Shown in pieces: positions 36,680-46,641 of a stretch of DNA of 64,000 bases (position 1 is the first letter of the stretch; each line of letters begins with the position of its first letter). The notes below the pieces were generated by a model, which saw nothing but the letters and a program-made list of their open reading frames with translations, made no database searches and had not been told where the DNA came from. Source of the DNA: a virus; the IMG/VR virus record IMGVR_UViG_3300045988_126112, positions 64,001 to 128,000 of that record. One strand, written 5' to 3'. The position numbers were made by a program, and so were the translations under genes.

Positions 36680-37030
36680 ATGGATTATCAATTAGACACA
36701 TATGATCAATATATATTTGATGAAAAAGGAAATCAAATAACTGTATTAAGAGAAGAAAGTTGGAATGGAAGACCAGCTAAACTTACATTAAGAAAATGCA
36801 TTATAGATAAAGATGGAAATGAAAAACCACATAAAGGATTCGCATTTCTAACTGAAGAAGGTCCACATAGATTGGCTGAAGAATTAGTTAGAAGAGGATA
36901 TGGTGAAACTTCTGTGTTACTAGAGAGTATTAAAGAAAGAGAAGATGTAGAAGGAGAAGATATTAAAGATATAAAAGTGGACGAAGAAGAATATTTCGAT
37001 CCAAAAGAAATATTTGCTAAAGAGGTGTAA
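36680..37030 (+). CDS. PC4/YdbC-like ssDNA-binding protein (116 aa)
   Basis: VLREESWNGRPAKLTLRKCIIDKDGNEKPHKGFAFLTEEGPHRLAEELVRRG follows the YdbC/PC4 pattern (VSWN...PKYDIR.W......KGITL.EEE...L..EL). Confidence 0.6.
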   Translation: MDYQLDTYDQYIFDEKGNQITVLREESWNGRPAKLTLRKCIIDKDGNEKPHKGFAFLTEEGPHRLAEELVRRGYGETSVLLESIKEREDVEGEDIKDIKVDEEEYFDPKEIFAKEV

Positions 37031-37033
37031 TTA

Positions 37034-38098
37034 ATGGGAGTAAATACAATAAATGTAACTAGTACTATATTTGGATTAGCAATACAATATGATAGATTGG
37101 ATGCTCTATGTAATAGAGCATTCAGAAACTTTAATGGTAAAACTATCAATATATTTATAGACTTATATACAATCTTTAAAGATTTAAGAAAACAAAACTA
37201 TCTTGAAGGAAATAATGTAGATATATGTGCAGGTATAATAAACTTAGCTGGACATTATAGACGTTTCTTTCTAAAGAATAATATATATGCTAAGATATAT
37301 TTAATAAACTCATCTAATATTCCTCAATGGAATATTGAGTTATGTGAAGATTACAATAAGAAGATGGTTCATATTGTATCTACAACATTAAAGAGAACAA
37401 ATACGTTAATTGAATATAACTATGATTTATTAGATACATTAACTCCATATTTAAAAGATGTTTATCTTATACACAGTACTTATGAATCTAGTGTTGTAAT
37501 CTATAATATAATTAAAAAGAATAAAGATATTGGAAATAATACAGCTAATCTTATAATAACTAAAGATATATATCCTTTTCAATTAGCTGGAATATGTAGT
37601 AATACTTTAATATATAAAGTAAAGAAATATAAAGGACAAGATATAAGTTATTGTGTAGGAGCTGGTAATTTGTATAATGCTTTATTATATGAAAACAAAA
37701 TCAATTATAATGATTACGATTTCTATAAAATAAGTCCAAAACTATTTAGTGTATTAATAACTTTAAATGGATTTAAGAAAAGAAATATAAAATCTATATA
37801 TAATATAAAGACAGCTAAAAATCTTATAGAAAAAGCTATATATGGAGATGCTATATTATTGAATGATTATAACTCTATCATAAATTGGAGAGATATTCAA
37901 CCTAAAGTAGAACCTATAGAGTTAAAGAATAGATTTGAATGTCTTGATATAATAACTCAACATTACACATATATAAATGATTATGAGTCTAAGTATAAAT
38001 TGAATAACTTATATGATCCTGATGGATTAAGAAGTTTAAATGAAATGTATTTTAAGACATTGAATCCTATAATATTTGATGGATTACTAATGGAATAA
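37034..38098 (+). CDS. Hypothetical protein (354 aa)
   Basis: ORF track; AGAGGTG upstream; terminator at 38102-38142. Confidence 0.7.
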   Translation: MGVNTINVTSTIFGLAIQYDRLDALCNRAFRNFNGKTINIFIDLYTIFKDLRKQNYLEGNNVDICAGIINLAGHYRRFFLKNNIYAKIYLINSSNIPQWNIELCEDYNKKMVHIVSTTLKRTNTLIEYNYDLLDTLTPYLKDVYLIHSTYESSVVIYNIIKKNKDIGNNTANLIITKDIYPFQLAGICSNTLIYKVKKYKGQDISYCVGAGNLYNALLYENKINYNDYDFYKISPKLFSVLITLNGFKKRNIKSIYNIKTAKNLIEKAIYGDAILLNDYNSIINWRDIQPKVEPIELKNRFECLDIITQHYTYINDYESKYKLNNLYDPDGLRSLNEMYFKTLNPIIFDGLLME

Positions 38099-38101
38099 AA
38101 C

Positions 38102-38142
38102 ATAGAAGTAAGGATTAACCTCCTTACTTCTATTTATTTTTT
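38102..38142 (+). terminator. Rho-independent terminator
   Basis: atagaagtaagga/tccttacttctat 13-bp stem followed by ttatttttt. Confidence 0.85.
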
Positions 38143-38157
38143 GAAAGGAGAATAGTT

Positions 38158-39342
38158 ATGAAAGGTAATAGTTATAAATATAATATACAGCTTACTTATA
38201 TGAAAGATGATATTGAAATCAATCTAGATTATAAGAATATACTTACAATGGCTATTGATTATAATTATGAAAAAAAGAATATGCCTACATTGTTGATAAG
38301 GGTTGGTATAGATAAAAGTATTATAGACCATATGATTAGCAATAAAAATAATACAATAATATTATCTATAACTAAGTTTAAAGAAAGTAATGGTATACAT
38401 ATACGTAAGCCAGTTATAAAAAGTGAATTCTTTTATTTTTTAGATAATAATATGTCGTTTACAGACGATATAGATTATGGAAATAAGGAAAACAAAGAAA
38501 ATAAAGATATATATAAAATAATTTCTTTAGGATTGATACAAAAGGATATAGTATTAAATAATAAAACTTTGATAAATACAGTATATAAAGATACTCATTT
38601 ACTAGATATAATATGTGATGTGTTTAAAGAAAAGAATCTTGTAATTGAACCTTTTGTAAATAATGATGATGTTAAATGTCTTATAGTTCCTCCTATGGAA
38701 ACTGTAAGTAAGTTTTTAACATATTTAGACGATAGATATACATTTTATAATACACCATATAGATTCTTCTATGATTTTAATAAGACTTATTTACTTAGTT
38801 CTTCTGGAAGAGGTGTACCAGTTAAAAATGAAAAATATAATGCAATATTTATATATGTAGATAATACTATAACTGACAAATCTAAATTTGATGGAATGAA
38901 AGAAGATAGTGAATTAAAAGCATATATGATAAATGTCGATGCAGCAGCAATAAATATATCTGTAGATAAAGCAACTACTATAAGTTATAATCAAATCATT
39001 GGGGTAAATAGTGAAGGTGAATATCAATCTGTAAATATAAATAGTAATTTAGACGGAGATAGATATAAAGTTACTAGACTTAATAATGAAAGATTTGATG
39101 TATTAGATAACCTTAAAAATGAACTTGAATCAAATAATATTGTAATTAATATAATAAAAGGAGAATTAGACTCTACTGTATTTACATTGAACAAAGAATA
39201 CTATATTAAAAATTATAATAAACTAGCTGATAAGAATGGTAAGTTCTTATTATCTGCTAAAAAAGAAATATATATAAAAGAAAGTGAATACTTTAATATG
39301 ACTACTATACTTACATTGAAAAAATGCCCTAGTACTAATTAA
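38158..39342 (+). CDS. Hypothetical protein (394 aa)
   Basis: ORF track; AAAGGAG upstream. Ends in the bidirectional terminator at 39320-39365. Confidence 0.7.
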   Translation: MKGNSYKYNIQLTYMKDDIEINLDYKNILTMAIDYNYEKKNMPTLLIRVGIDKSIIDHMISNKNNTIILSITKFKESNGIHIRKPVIKSEFFYFLDNNMSFTDDIDYGNKENKENKDIYKIISLGLIQKDIVLNNKTLINTVYKDTHLLDIICDVFKEKNLVIEPFVNNDDVKCLIVPPMETVSKFLTYLDDRYTFYNTPYRFFYDFNKTYLLSSSGRGVPVKNEKYNAIFIYVDNTITDKSKFDGMKEDSELKAYMINVDAAAINISVDKATTISYNQIIGVNSEGEYQSVNINSNLDGDRYKVTRLNNERFDVLDNLKNELESNNIVINIIKGELDSTVFTLNKEYYIKNYNKLADKNGKFLLSAKKEIYIKESEYFNMTTILTLKKCPSTN

Positions 39343-39365
39343 AGTACTAGGGTTTATTTTATTTT
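39320..39365. terminator. Bidirectional terminator at a convergent gene junction
   Basis: ccctagtact/agtactaggg 10-bp stem flanked by an A-run on the left and a T-run on the right. Confidence 0.75.
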
Positions 39366-40897
39366 TTCTTTTCAGCTGGTTTATTTCCTTCCTCAAATCC
39401 ATCTCCGTTGTCTTCAGGTTTGCTAAGTTTTATATACATACGTTTATAAACATCTTTATTTCCATCTTTAGTTTTAAAGTGTCTACTAATTTTCCATAGT
39501 TTTGATTTACCTTCTTGAGATACAGTTATTCCACCTGGAACGAAATCTAATCCTTCTTTTTCATTTTTAGTTTCATTTGTTTGATAAGCTGAACTAACAT
39601 CTTGGAACATTACTTTATTGTCACCTTGATCATCAACATAATTAATTCTTATTATATAATTATTAGAATTGTTACATTGATCATTACCAGATTTATAACA
39701 TATATCAATACTTTGTATACCTTTTTGGTCTTTTTGTGCTTCTTTAGCAGCAGGAGTTAAATCATTATTATAATCTGTTCCTGTTTTAACTGGAGCATCT
39801 CCTTCTTTATCATCAGAAGCTTGACCACCATAACTAGCAACATGTTTCTTGATTATTTTCCAATAGAATTCGTATATTTCTTTAGCAATAGCTAATTTAG
39901 CTGTAGTTAAATACATTGCAGTATCTGTGTATTCACTACATTTTTTACTTACATCACTATGTTGAGATGTAGTTTTTATACCTTCTTTTTCTGCATCAGT
40001 AGGTCCTTTTACATCCCCTTTTTTCATAGCATTATTTTTAACTTGTGTACCAACTTTATTTACAGATTGTTTGTTAGTCATATCACCAGTAACTTGTTTA
40101 GCTCCAGCACCATCTACCATTTCTTCATCTTCAGCTTCAGTAAAATATTTTTCAAAGAATTCTGAATAAGCTGTTGTTGGAGTAAATAATACACTTTCAT
40201 TATTTGAAGCAGGAGTATCATCTTTTAAATCTTTTATAGATAACTGTTTAGCTATTTTTGCTGCTGCATCTCCTATAACTTTTTCATCATTTTCTAAAGG
40301 CTTTAATATTTTTTCTTTATAATCTACACAATAATTATAAATATTTGTCATATTAACTTGTTCAGCTGTATATGTCTTTTCATCTCCACCTCTAAAATAA
40401 TCTTTAGCAGCATCTATAAGTTCATCTTTATCACAGTTTAATTGATTCATTTTAAAATAGTCATGTAATATTTCATTAGTATAATTATCTATATTCCATT
40501 TACTTACTCTAGAATAATCAAATGGTGGTATAGGTGAATTTGCTATTCTTTTAATACCTTCATCATATGGATACATTTCTATTTCTTCTGTATATTTAAT
40601 CTTCTTACCTACAATAAGGTCTTTATTTTTTTGAAGATAATTTTCTTTAGTAGAGAAAAAGTTTTTAAATCCATTGATAGCTTTTCTAACCATTTCTTTT
40701 ATCTTTTCCCAAGCTTTTTGTAATTTTTCTTTGGCACTATCAATAACACCTTCATTTATTTTATCTAATTTTTCTATACTCATTTCTCCTGAAGTCCATA
40801 ATATAGCTTCTTGGATAAAATTATACATACGTTCTTGTTCATAAGCTTGTTCTAATAAGAAGTTTCTATACACAATATCTTGAGTTTGATAATCCAT
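39359..40897 (-). CDS. Paralogue family member P1 (512 aa), longest and most divergent
   Basis: Shares the family core helix (KEKLQKAWEKIKEMVRKAINGFKNFF) with P2-P5. TAATG overlap with P2. Confidence 0.75.
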   Translation of the reverse strand: MDYQTQDIVYRNFLLEQAYEQERMYNFIQEAILWTSGEMSIEKLDKINEGVIDSAKEKLQKAWEKIKEMVRKAINGFKNFFSTKENYLQKNKDLIVGKKIKYTEEIEMYPYDEGIKRIANSPIPPFDYSRVSKWNIDNYTNEILHDYFKMNQLNCDKDELIDAAKDYFRGGDEKTYTAEQVNMTNIYNYCVDYKEKILKPLENDEKVIGDAAAKIAKQLSIKDLKDDTPASNNESVLFTPTTAYSEFFEKYFTEAEDEEMVDGAGAKQVTGDMTNKQSVNKVGTQVKNNAMKKGDVKGPTDAEKEGIKTTSQHSDVSKKCSEYTDTAMYLTTAKLAIAKEIYEFYWKIIKKHVASYGGQASDDKEGDAPVKTGTDYNNDLTPAAKEAQKDQKGIQSIDICYKSGNDQCNNSNNYIIRINYVDDQGDNKVMFQDVSSAYQTNETKNEKEGLDFVPGGITVSQEGKSKLWKISRHFKTKDGNKDVYKRMYIKLSKPEDNGDGFEEGNKPAEKKK

Positions 40898-41970
40898 TAT
40901 AGTTCACCTCCTATAAATTTTTTATCTTTTTCTATCTTAGATAATGCTATATATAATATACGTTTATCTTGTACGTATTTATCTTTTAAAGCATCAAGTT
41001 TTTGACTGAAAGCTATACTATGTATAGTACTCATTTCAGTTATTTGATTTGTAAGAGCTTTTACATAAAGATTTAATTGATTCATTGAATCATTATCTAA
41101 TGTTGCCTCAGTTCCACCAACAGCACCATCATTAGATTTAACTTTAAATCCACCTGCTGTTCTTTCACTACTAACCATTCTGTCTATTTGTTTTTCTATT
41201 TGTTTATATTGGTTTTCTAATTCTTTTTTAGTCTTTTTAACATTCTTTTCTGTTTCTTTATAGTCTTTCATATCTCTAAAGCATTCCATAACTTTAGCAT
41301 TATCTACAGTAAATATTGAAGTTGAATCCATATTATTTCTAAATAATTCAAATAATTCACTAGAGAAATCTGATTGATATATAGCTCTATCTGGTTGACC
41401 TATAACTTTTCCTCTAAGTTTATCATATTTTTCTCCATCTATTTCATCTTTTACATTTTTATATAATTCTTTTAATTTATCTTTATTTTTTCTATTATCT
41501 GCTCCTAATTGAGATAGATCTAATTTTACAAATTCTGAATTGAATTCAACCAAAGCATCACACACAGGTATATTAGGTTCTATAGTAAATTCATAACCAT
41601 CATAATCAAATTCATGATCTGAATTGAATTTCTTTAAAACGTCTTCTTTCTTTATAAGATATTTTTCAGAGTTTACTATTCTATGAAGTGTAGTTATAAA
41701 ACGTTCAAATAAACTCTTTATATATTTTATAAAACTTTTTATAATATCTTTAATCTTTTGGAAGAAATCAGAAAAGGCTTCATTTACTGCAACAAAATTA
41801 TCAGCTTCATAAATAGCTCTATACATTTCTTTATTGGCTTCTCTATAGGTAGTATTCATCTCTCTAAGATAACCTATAGTATATATAGTTAAAGATCTAT
41901 CTTCTATAGTTTGATTCATTATAGACGATATATCGTTTTCGATAATTAAAGAATTTAATCCTATTCCCAT
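40897..41970 (-). CDS. Paralogue family member P2 (357 aa)
   Basis: N-terminus MGIGLNS. Core: FSDFFQKIKDIIKSFIKYIKSLFERF. GAGGAGGTG upstream. Confidence 0.75.
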   Translation of the reverse strand: MGIGLNSLIIENDISSIMNQTIEDRSLTIYTIGYLREMNTTYREANKEMYRAIYEADNFVAVNEAFSDFFQKIKDIIKSFIKYIKSLFERFITTLHRIVNSEKYLIKKEDVLKKFNSDHEFDYDGYEFTIEPNIPVCDALVEFNSEFVKLDLSQLGADNRKNKDKLKELYKNVKDEIDGEKYDKLRGKVIGQPDRAIYQSDFSSELFELFRNNMDSTSIFTVDNAKVMECFRDMKDYKETEKNVKKTKKELENQYKQIEKQIDRMVSSERTAGGFKVKSNDGAVGGTEATLDNDSMNQLNLYVKALTNQITEMSTIHSIAFSQKLDALKDKYVQDKRILYIALSKIEKDKKFIGGEL

Positions 41971-41989
41971 TATCTTTGCACCTCCTCAA

Positions 41990-42031
41990 AAAGTAAATAA
42001 AATAGAGATTACCCAAAAGGCAATCTCTATT
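41990..42031 (-). terminator. Terminator/attenuator hairpin inside the paralogue operon (minus strand)
   Basis: aatagagatt/aatctctatt stem. The minus strand continues ttatttacttttt. Confidence 0.6.
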
Positions 42032-42053
42032 TGGGATTTATTTATAAACTAAA

Positions 42054-43172
42054 TTATATTAATCTAAGGTTATCTAATGATGGTATACCATCTTCATTAT
42101 ATGAACTATAATCATCATCATATTCATAAGATTCATTTTTAGCTTTTCTACCTATAAGTTTAACACAAGTAGCTTTATATTGTTTACGTTGATCATTGAA
42201 TGCTGTCATTTTAGCAGCTTCAACTTGTTCTAATATAGTTAAACAGTTAGTAACAACTGTATTACATTTAGATATAACTTGAAGTCTCTTAGAATTAGTA
42301 TTAACTTCATCTTTATCTGTAGGTTTAGGTATTTTAGATAACTCTTTAGAGCATCTTTCTAATTCTTTAATTTGATTTTCACAAGTTTTCTTAGTTGTCT
42401 TAAAGTCATCTTTTATTGTTTTTGAACCTGTTGAAGCATTCATTAAGAATTGAACTATTTCTCCTTTATTTATGTCACTATCATCTAAAGTTATAGCTGA
42501 ATCTTCATCATTTCTTAATTTAGCTCTTAATTCTTTAGCAAATTCGCCAGCATCTAAACCACCAGAAGAACCTATAGCAGCTGCTCTTAATTCTTCTATT
42601 ATATCAGTATCTTCAGATTTTACATCTTTATCTTCTATAGTACTTAATCTATCAGATCTGTAATTAAATGCAATAGCTACAGTTGTTCCACTTAATCCTT
42701 CCATTTTAATAGATACTTTTTTCATAGCATCCAATATAGATTGTGCTCCAGCTACTTTTTCTGGTGTAAATTTATAACCTTTTATTTCAAGGTCTTTTGT
42801 ACTACCAGCCATTATTTGTTTTCTGTATTTATTTACAAAAGCTTTATCATCTTTACCAAAAGATTGCATTTTAGCAAAGAATTTAGTAAATAGAGATTTT
42901 ATTTTTTCCCATATTTTTTTTATTGCAGCTTTTAATTTTTCTATTATACCGCCTGCTCTACCAGCTTCATAAACTATTTCTTGACCAGTAGATTCTAATA
43001 CTGCTAATTCTGAAACACCTATAGTTTTCATTATAGCATTTAAATTTGAGTCTATTTCATAAGTATGTCTAAGAGCTGCTTCGTCAAAGCTATCTTCAAA
43101 TATATCTTCAACTTCTACATCTTCTAAATAAGCAGTTCCTTCATAAGCTTCTTTAACTGAGTATATTCCCAT
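42054..43172 (-). CDS. Paralogue family member P3 (372 aa)
   Basis: N-terminus MGIYSVKE. Core: GGIIEKLKAAIKKIWEKIKSLFTKFF. AAAGGAGG upstream. Confidence 0.75.
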   Translation of the reverse strand: MGIYSVKEAYEGTAYLEDVEVEDIFEDSFDEAALRHTYEIDSNLNAIMKTIGVSELAVLESTGQEIVYEAGRAGGIIEKLKAAIKKIWEKIKSLFTKFFAKMQSFGKDDKAFVNKYRKQIMAGSTKDLEIKGYKFTPEKVAGAQSILDAMKKVSIKMEGLSGTTVAIAFNYRSDRLSTIEDKDVKSEDTDIIEELRAAAIGSSGGLDAGEFAKELRAKLRNDEDSAITLDDSDINKGEIVQFLMNASTGSKTIKDDFKTTKKTCENQIKELERCSKELSKIPKPTDKDEVNTNSKRLQVISKCNTVVTNCLTILEQVEAAKMTAFNDQRKQYKATCVKLIGRKAKNESYEYDDDYSSYNEDGIPSLDNLRLI

Positions 43173-43198
43173 TATAATTTCCTCCTTTTTTATATAAA

Positions 43199-44344
43199 TT
43201 AAAATTCATAGTTTTCAAACATTTCATTTATTTCATATTCAGCTGCTTCTTCTACAGCATCTAAATATGTAGCTTCATTTTTAGCTTTATCATTATATGA
43301 TACAGCTTTAGCAAATACTCTTCTTGATTGAGATATTTTGAATTTATGTTCATTTAAGAAACAAGCAACTACTCTATTATGAACATTTTCAAGTGTACTT
43401 ATACAAGTTTGTACTACTCCACTAACATTTAATGAATCAGTTACTTGTTGAGCATCAACAATTTTCTTTTTACTACCTCCACCATCAGTATCTGTTGGTA
43501 TAGTTACCATATCACCTTTTTTAGCTTTACCTAATTCTTTAGAGTATGATTCTACTCTTTTTAATACAGCACTAAAATGTTTATCAGTTTTCTTTTGTGC
43601 ATCTGTTATTTCTTTCTTTATTTTATCACCTTGTAAATCTAATATAATAGAAGTTAATCTAGATGAATCTAATCCTTCTTCTGATTCTTCTGAATCAAAA
43701 CACAATTCATGTATTTCTTTAGCAAGATCTTTCATTTCAACATTTTTTAATTTACTACTTATGCATCCTTCTATAAAATAAGATTCCAAATCTCCATCAT
43801 CTATATGTTTCTTCCATGAATCAGCAGTAGATTCGTTATCTAACATACCTAATATAGTAAGTGCTTCTGTTTGTAAAGCAGTACCAGGATCTAAAGCATC
43901 TTTTAATTCTTTAAATCCAGCTAATTCTTGGCTATATTTGTATTTTAATTTACTAAGATTTTTAGTTCTTACTTGACGTTGATATTTTTCAACAAATTTT
44001 TTATTATCTCTTATGATAACTGTATCTAACTTCTTTAAAAAAGTTGAGAAAACACCTTTAATTTTTTCCCATATTTTCTTTATCATTGATTTAAATGCTT
44101 CAAAGAATCCACCTAATGAAGCTTCTGTAAATGCTAATAATTCTTCTTCTGATGCTCCTTCATTAACCATTACAGCTTGATTAAAATCTCTAGCTATACC
44201 AGCTTCAAATATAGCATGATTATTTCTTTCCATGTCTATAAGAGCATTATAACAACCTAATGTACCAACATAAGATTCATCTGCTACTATTTCTTCTCCT
44301 GAATAATAATTTAATCCAGTTCTATTTGATGAGTATATTCCCAT
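43199..44344 (-). CDS. Paralogue family member P4 (381 aa)
   Basis: N-terminus MGIYSSNR. Core: GGFFEAFKSMIKKIWEKIKGVFSTFLKK. Contains a 233-nt tract identical to P5. Confidence 0.8.
   Translation of the reverse strand: MGIYSSNRTGLNYYSGEEIVADESYVGTLGCYNALIDMERNNHAIFEAGIARDFNQAVMVNEGASEEELLAFTEASLGGFFEAFKSMIKKIWEKIKGVFSTFLKKLDTVIIRDNKKFVEKYQRQVRTKNLSKLKYKYSQELAGFKELKDALDPGTALQTEALTILGMLDNESTADSWKKHIDDGDLESYFIEGCISSKLKNVEMKDLAKEIHELCFDSEESEEGLDSSRLTSIILDLQGDKIKKEITDAQKKTDKHFSAVLKRVESYSKELGKAKKGDMVTIPTDTDGGGSKKKIVDAQQVTDSLNVSGVVQTCISTLENVHNRVVACFLNEHKFKISQSRRVFAKAVSYNDKAKNEATYLDAVEEAAEYEINEMFENYEF
43934..44166 (-). repeat. 233-nt tract identical to 45131..45363 (inside paralogue P4)
   Basis: Base-by-base comparison by eye shows no mismatch. 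The flanks diverge immediately (t/a on one side, cc/tc on the other). Confidence 0.85.
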
Positions 44345-44386
44345 TATAGTTTCCTCCTTTATTAAGCATAATATTTTATTTTATAG

Positions 44387-45526
44387 TTATAAACAATATT
44401 GTTCAAACATTTCATTTATTTCATATTCAGCTGCTTCTTCTACAGCATCTAAATATACTGATTCATTTTTAGCTTTATCATTATAAGATACAGCTTTAGC
44501 AAATACTTTTCTAGCTTGAGAAATTCTAAATTTATTTTCATTTAAGAAACAAGCAACGGCTCTATTATGAACATTTTCAAGATTATTTATTACAGTTTGA
44601 ATTACTCCAGCATTTTGTAAATAATTAGTAATAGTTTTATTACTAGTTATAGGAATTTTTTTAGATGCATCATCTGGTCTATCTATTTCTATTTTTTTAT
44701 TATTATCATCTATTTTACTTTTAGATAGGTCTTTACTATATCTATCTAAATCTTTTAATATACTTCTAAAGTGTTTATCTACAGATTTTTGTGCTGTTTC
44801 AATATCTTTTTTAGTTTTATCACCTTGAAGTATTATTATTATTTCTGTAAGTCTTGATGAATCTAATCCTTCTTCTGATTCTTCTGAATCGAAACAAATA
44901 TCATGGACTTCTTTTGATAAATCTTTCATTTCAACATTTTTAAGTTTACCACTTATACATTTTTCTATGAAGTATTCATTTAATTCATCTTTTTCAAGCA
45001 TATCTTTATAAAAAGTTAATGAACCAAACCAGTTAGCAAAGCCTTTCATAACATTATCTGCTTCATCTTTAAATTTATCTTTTGTTGTTAAAGAATCTTT
45101 TATATCGTTAAATCCTTCTAATTGCTTACAATATTTGTATTTTAATTTACTAAGATTTTTAGTTCTTACTTGACGTTGATATTTTTCAACAAATTTTTTA
45201 TTATCTCTTATGATAACTGTATCTAACTTCTTTAAAAAAGTTGAGAAAACACCTTTAATTTTTTCCCATATTTTCTTTATCATTGATTTAAATGCTTCAA
45301 AGAATCCACCTAATGAAGCTTCTGTAAATGCTAATAATTCTTCTTCTGATGCTCCTTCATTAATCATTGTAGCTTCTTGAAAATCTCTAGCTATATTATA
45401 CTCAAATATAGCACGATTATTTCTTTCCATATCTATAAGAGCATTATAACAACCTAATGTACCAACATAAGATTCATTAGCTTGCACATCATATTCTGAT
45501 TCCATATGTCTTGAATATATTCCCAA
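44387..45526 (-). CDS. Paralogue family member P5 (379 aa), TTG start
   Basis: The track ORF starts at the GTG at 45535, which abuts AGGAGG. The TTG at 45524-45526 is 8-9 nt from the SD and gives the N-terminus MGIYSRH, matching the paralogues. Confidence 0.75.
   Translation of the reverse strand: MGIYSRHMESEYDVQANESYVGTLGCYNALIDMERNNRAIFEYNIARDFQEATMINEGASEEELLAFTEASLGGFFEAFKSMIKKIWEKIKGVFSTFLKKLDTVIIRDNKKFVEKYQRQVRTKNLSKLKYKYCKQLEGFNDIKDSLTTKDKFKDEADNVMKGFANWFGSLTFYKDMLEKDELNEYFIEKCISGKLKNVEMKDLSKEVHDICFDSEESEEGLDSSRLTEIIIILQGDKTKKDIETAQKSVDKHFRSILKDLDRYSKDLSKSKIDDNNKKIEIDRPDDASKKIPITSNKTITNYLQNAGVIQTVINNLENVHNRAVACFLNENKFRISQARKVFAKAVSYNDKAKNESVYLDAVEEAAEYEINEMFEQYCL
45131..45363 (-). repeat. 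233-nt tract identical to 43934..44166 (inside paralogue P5)
   Basis: See the partner feature. Encodes ...EGASEEELLAFTEASLGGFFEAFKSMIKKIWEKIKGVFSTFLKKLDTVIIRDNKKFVEKYQRQVRTKNLSKLKYKY. Confidence 0.85.
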
Positions 45527-45538
45527 TTTTAGCACCTC

Positions 45539-46564
45539 CTAAAAAATTGATGAAGCAACTGAATCTGGCATTGAATCTACCAAATCATCTGCTTTATATT
45601 TCTTTGTGTTATCACTTTTAACTTCTCTTGAAGCTTTTACTTCACTTTGTTTATTATCTATTGCTATTTTATTAGCAACTTTATCAAAGAAATTAGCAAT
45701 TGCATATTGCTTTTTAGATATTTCTTTTCTTTCTTTAGCTTTCATTCCAGGATTTGTTTCTACAGCTTGAGCATTTATTTTTAATAATTCAGATTGTATA
45801 TAGAAATAATCTGAAACTTGAGTTCTAGTATGGAAGAAGAAGTATACTAATTCTCTCATTATCGGAAGTATATTTGTAGCTAATAAAGTTAAAGCTACTA
45901 CAGCAGCAACACCTGCAACTGAAGTTGAAACACCTAAAAGATTTTTACTAGCTTGAGATATTACATATTCCATTGATTTATCAAAATCACCTTTCTTACA
46001 GCATTGATTGAATTTAGCTAAGTTATTTAAAACTAAATTATCTTTAGTTTTATTAACAGCTATTTTATCAACTACAGCTTCATATGAATCTCCATTAGGA
46101 ATTTTAATAAATTCAACACAAGTAGATATTAAATATGAATTAGCTTGTATAACAGCTAAAGTCATTGTAGAATACATTACCATCGGTAATTCGATACTTA
46201 ATTTAAAAGCTTTTTCAAACAATTCTCTTCTTGAACGTATATTATCTAAAGCTTCCAATACTGTATCTACTGGATTAGCTTTTTGACCATATTGTGATAA
46301 TAAAGATTTCATTACATCTAAACTATCAACCAATTGTTCATAATTACTAAGCTTAGTAATATCACCTTTAGTTTCTGGTATATCACCAAAATCTATATCA
46401 TCAATCTTATTGATGATATGGTCATAAAGTCTACTAGTTAATGATGCTAATATTTGAGATTGGTCTTCTTCATTTACATTAAGCATTATAGTTCTAGTAT
46501 CTTTATCATCTAAATCAAAATGCTCTTTTAATATTTGATCATATTCCTTAGTCATATAAGCCAT
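45539..46564 (-). CDS. Hypothetical late protein (341 aa) with one hydrophobic segment
   Basis: ORF track; GGAGGTGAT upstream; class II box at 46580-46593. Hydrophobic segment: VAGVAAVVALTLLATNILPI. Confidence 0.7.
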   Translation of the reverse strand: MAYMTKEYDQILKEHFDLDDKDTRTIMLNVNEEDQSQILASLTSRLYDHIINKIDDIDFGDIPETKGDITKLSNYEQLVDSLDVMKSLLSQYGQKANPVDTVLEALDNIRSRRELFEKAFKLSIELPMVMYSTMTLAVIQANSYLISTCVEFIKIPNGDSYEAVVDKIAVNKTKDNLVLNNLAKFNQCCKKGDFDKSMEYVISQASKNLLGVSTSVAGVAAVVALTLLATNILPIMRELVYFFFHTRTQVSDYFYIQSELLKINAQAVETNPGMKAKERKEISKKQYAIANFFDKVANKIAIDNKQSEVKASREVKSDNTKKYKADDLVDSMPDSVASSIF

Positions 46565-46579
46565 TTTATCACCTCCACC

Positions 46580-46593
46580 TTAATATTCTGTTA
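46580..46593 (-). promoter_or_regulatory. Class II box
   Basis: Minus strand reads aaaTAACAgaatatTAAggtggagg. 18 nt from the ATG at 46564. Confidence 0.5.
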
Positions 46594-46641
46594 TTATTTA
46601 TATTCCATTTCTATTTAATCAAAAAATAAACTTTCTATATA

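Noticed and set aside
43160-43172. The MGxxxS N-termini of the paralogues read as N-myristoylation signals.
   Set aside because: The Ser position does not fit the consensus in most copies, and bacteria lack N-myristoyltransferase.
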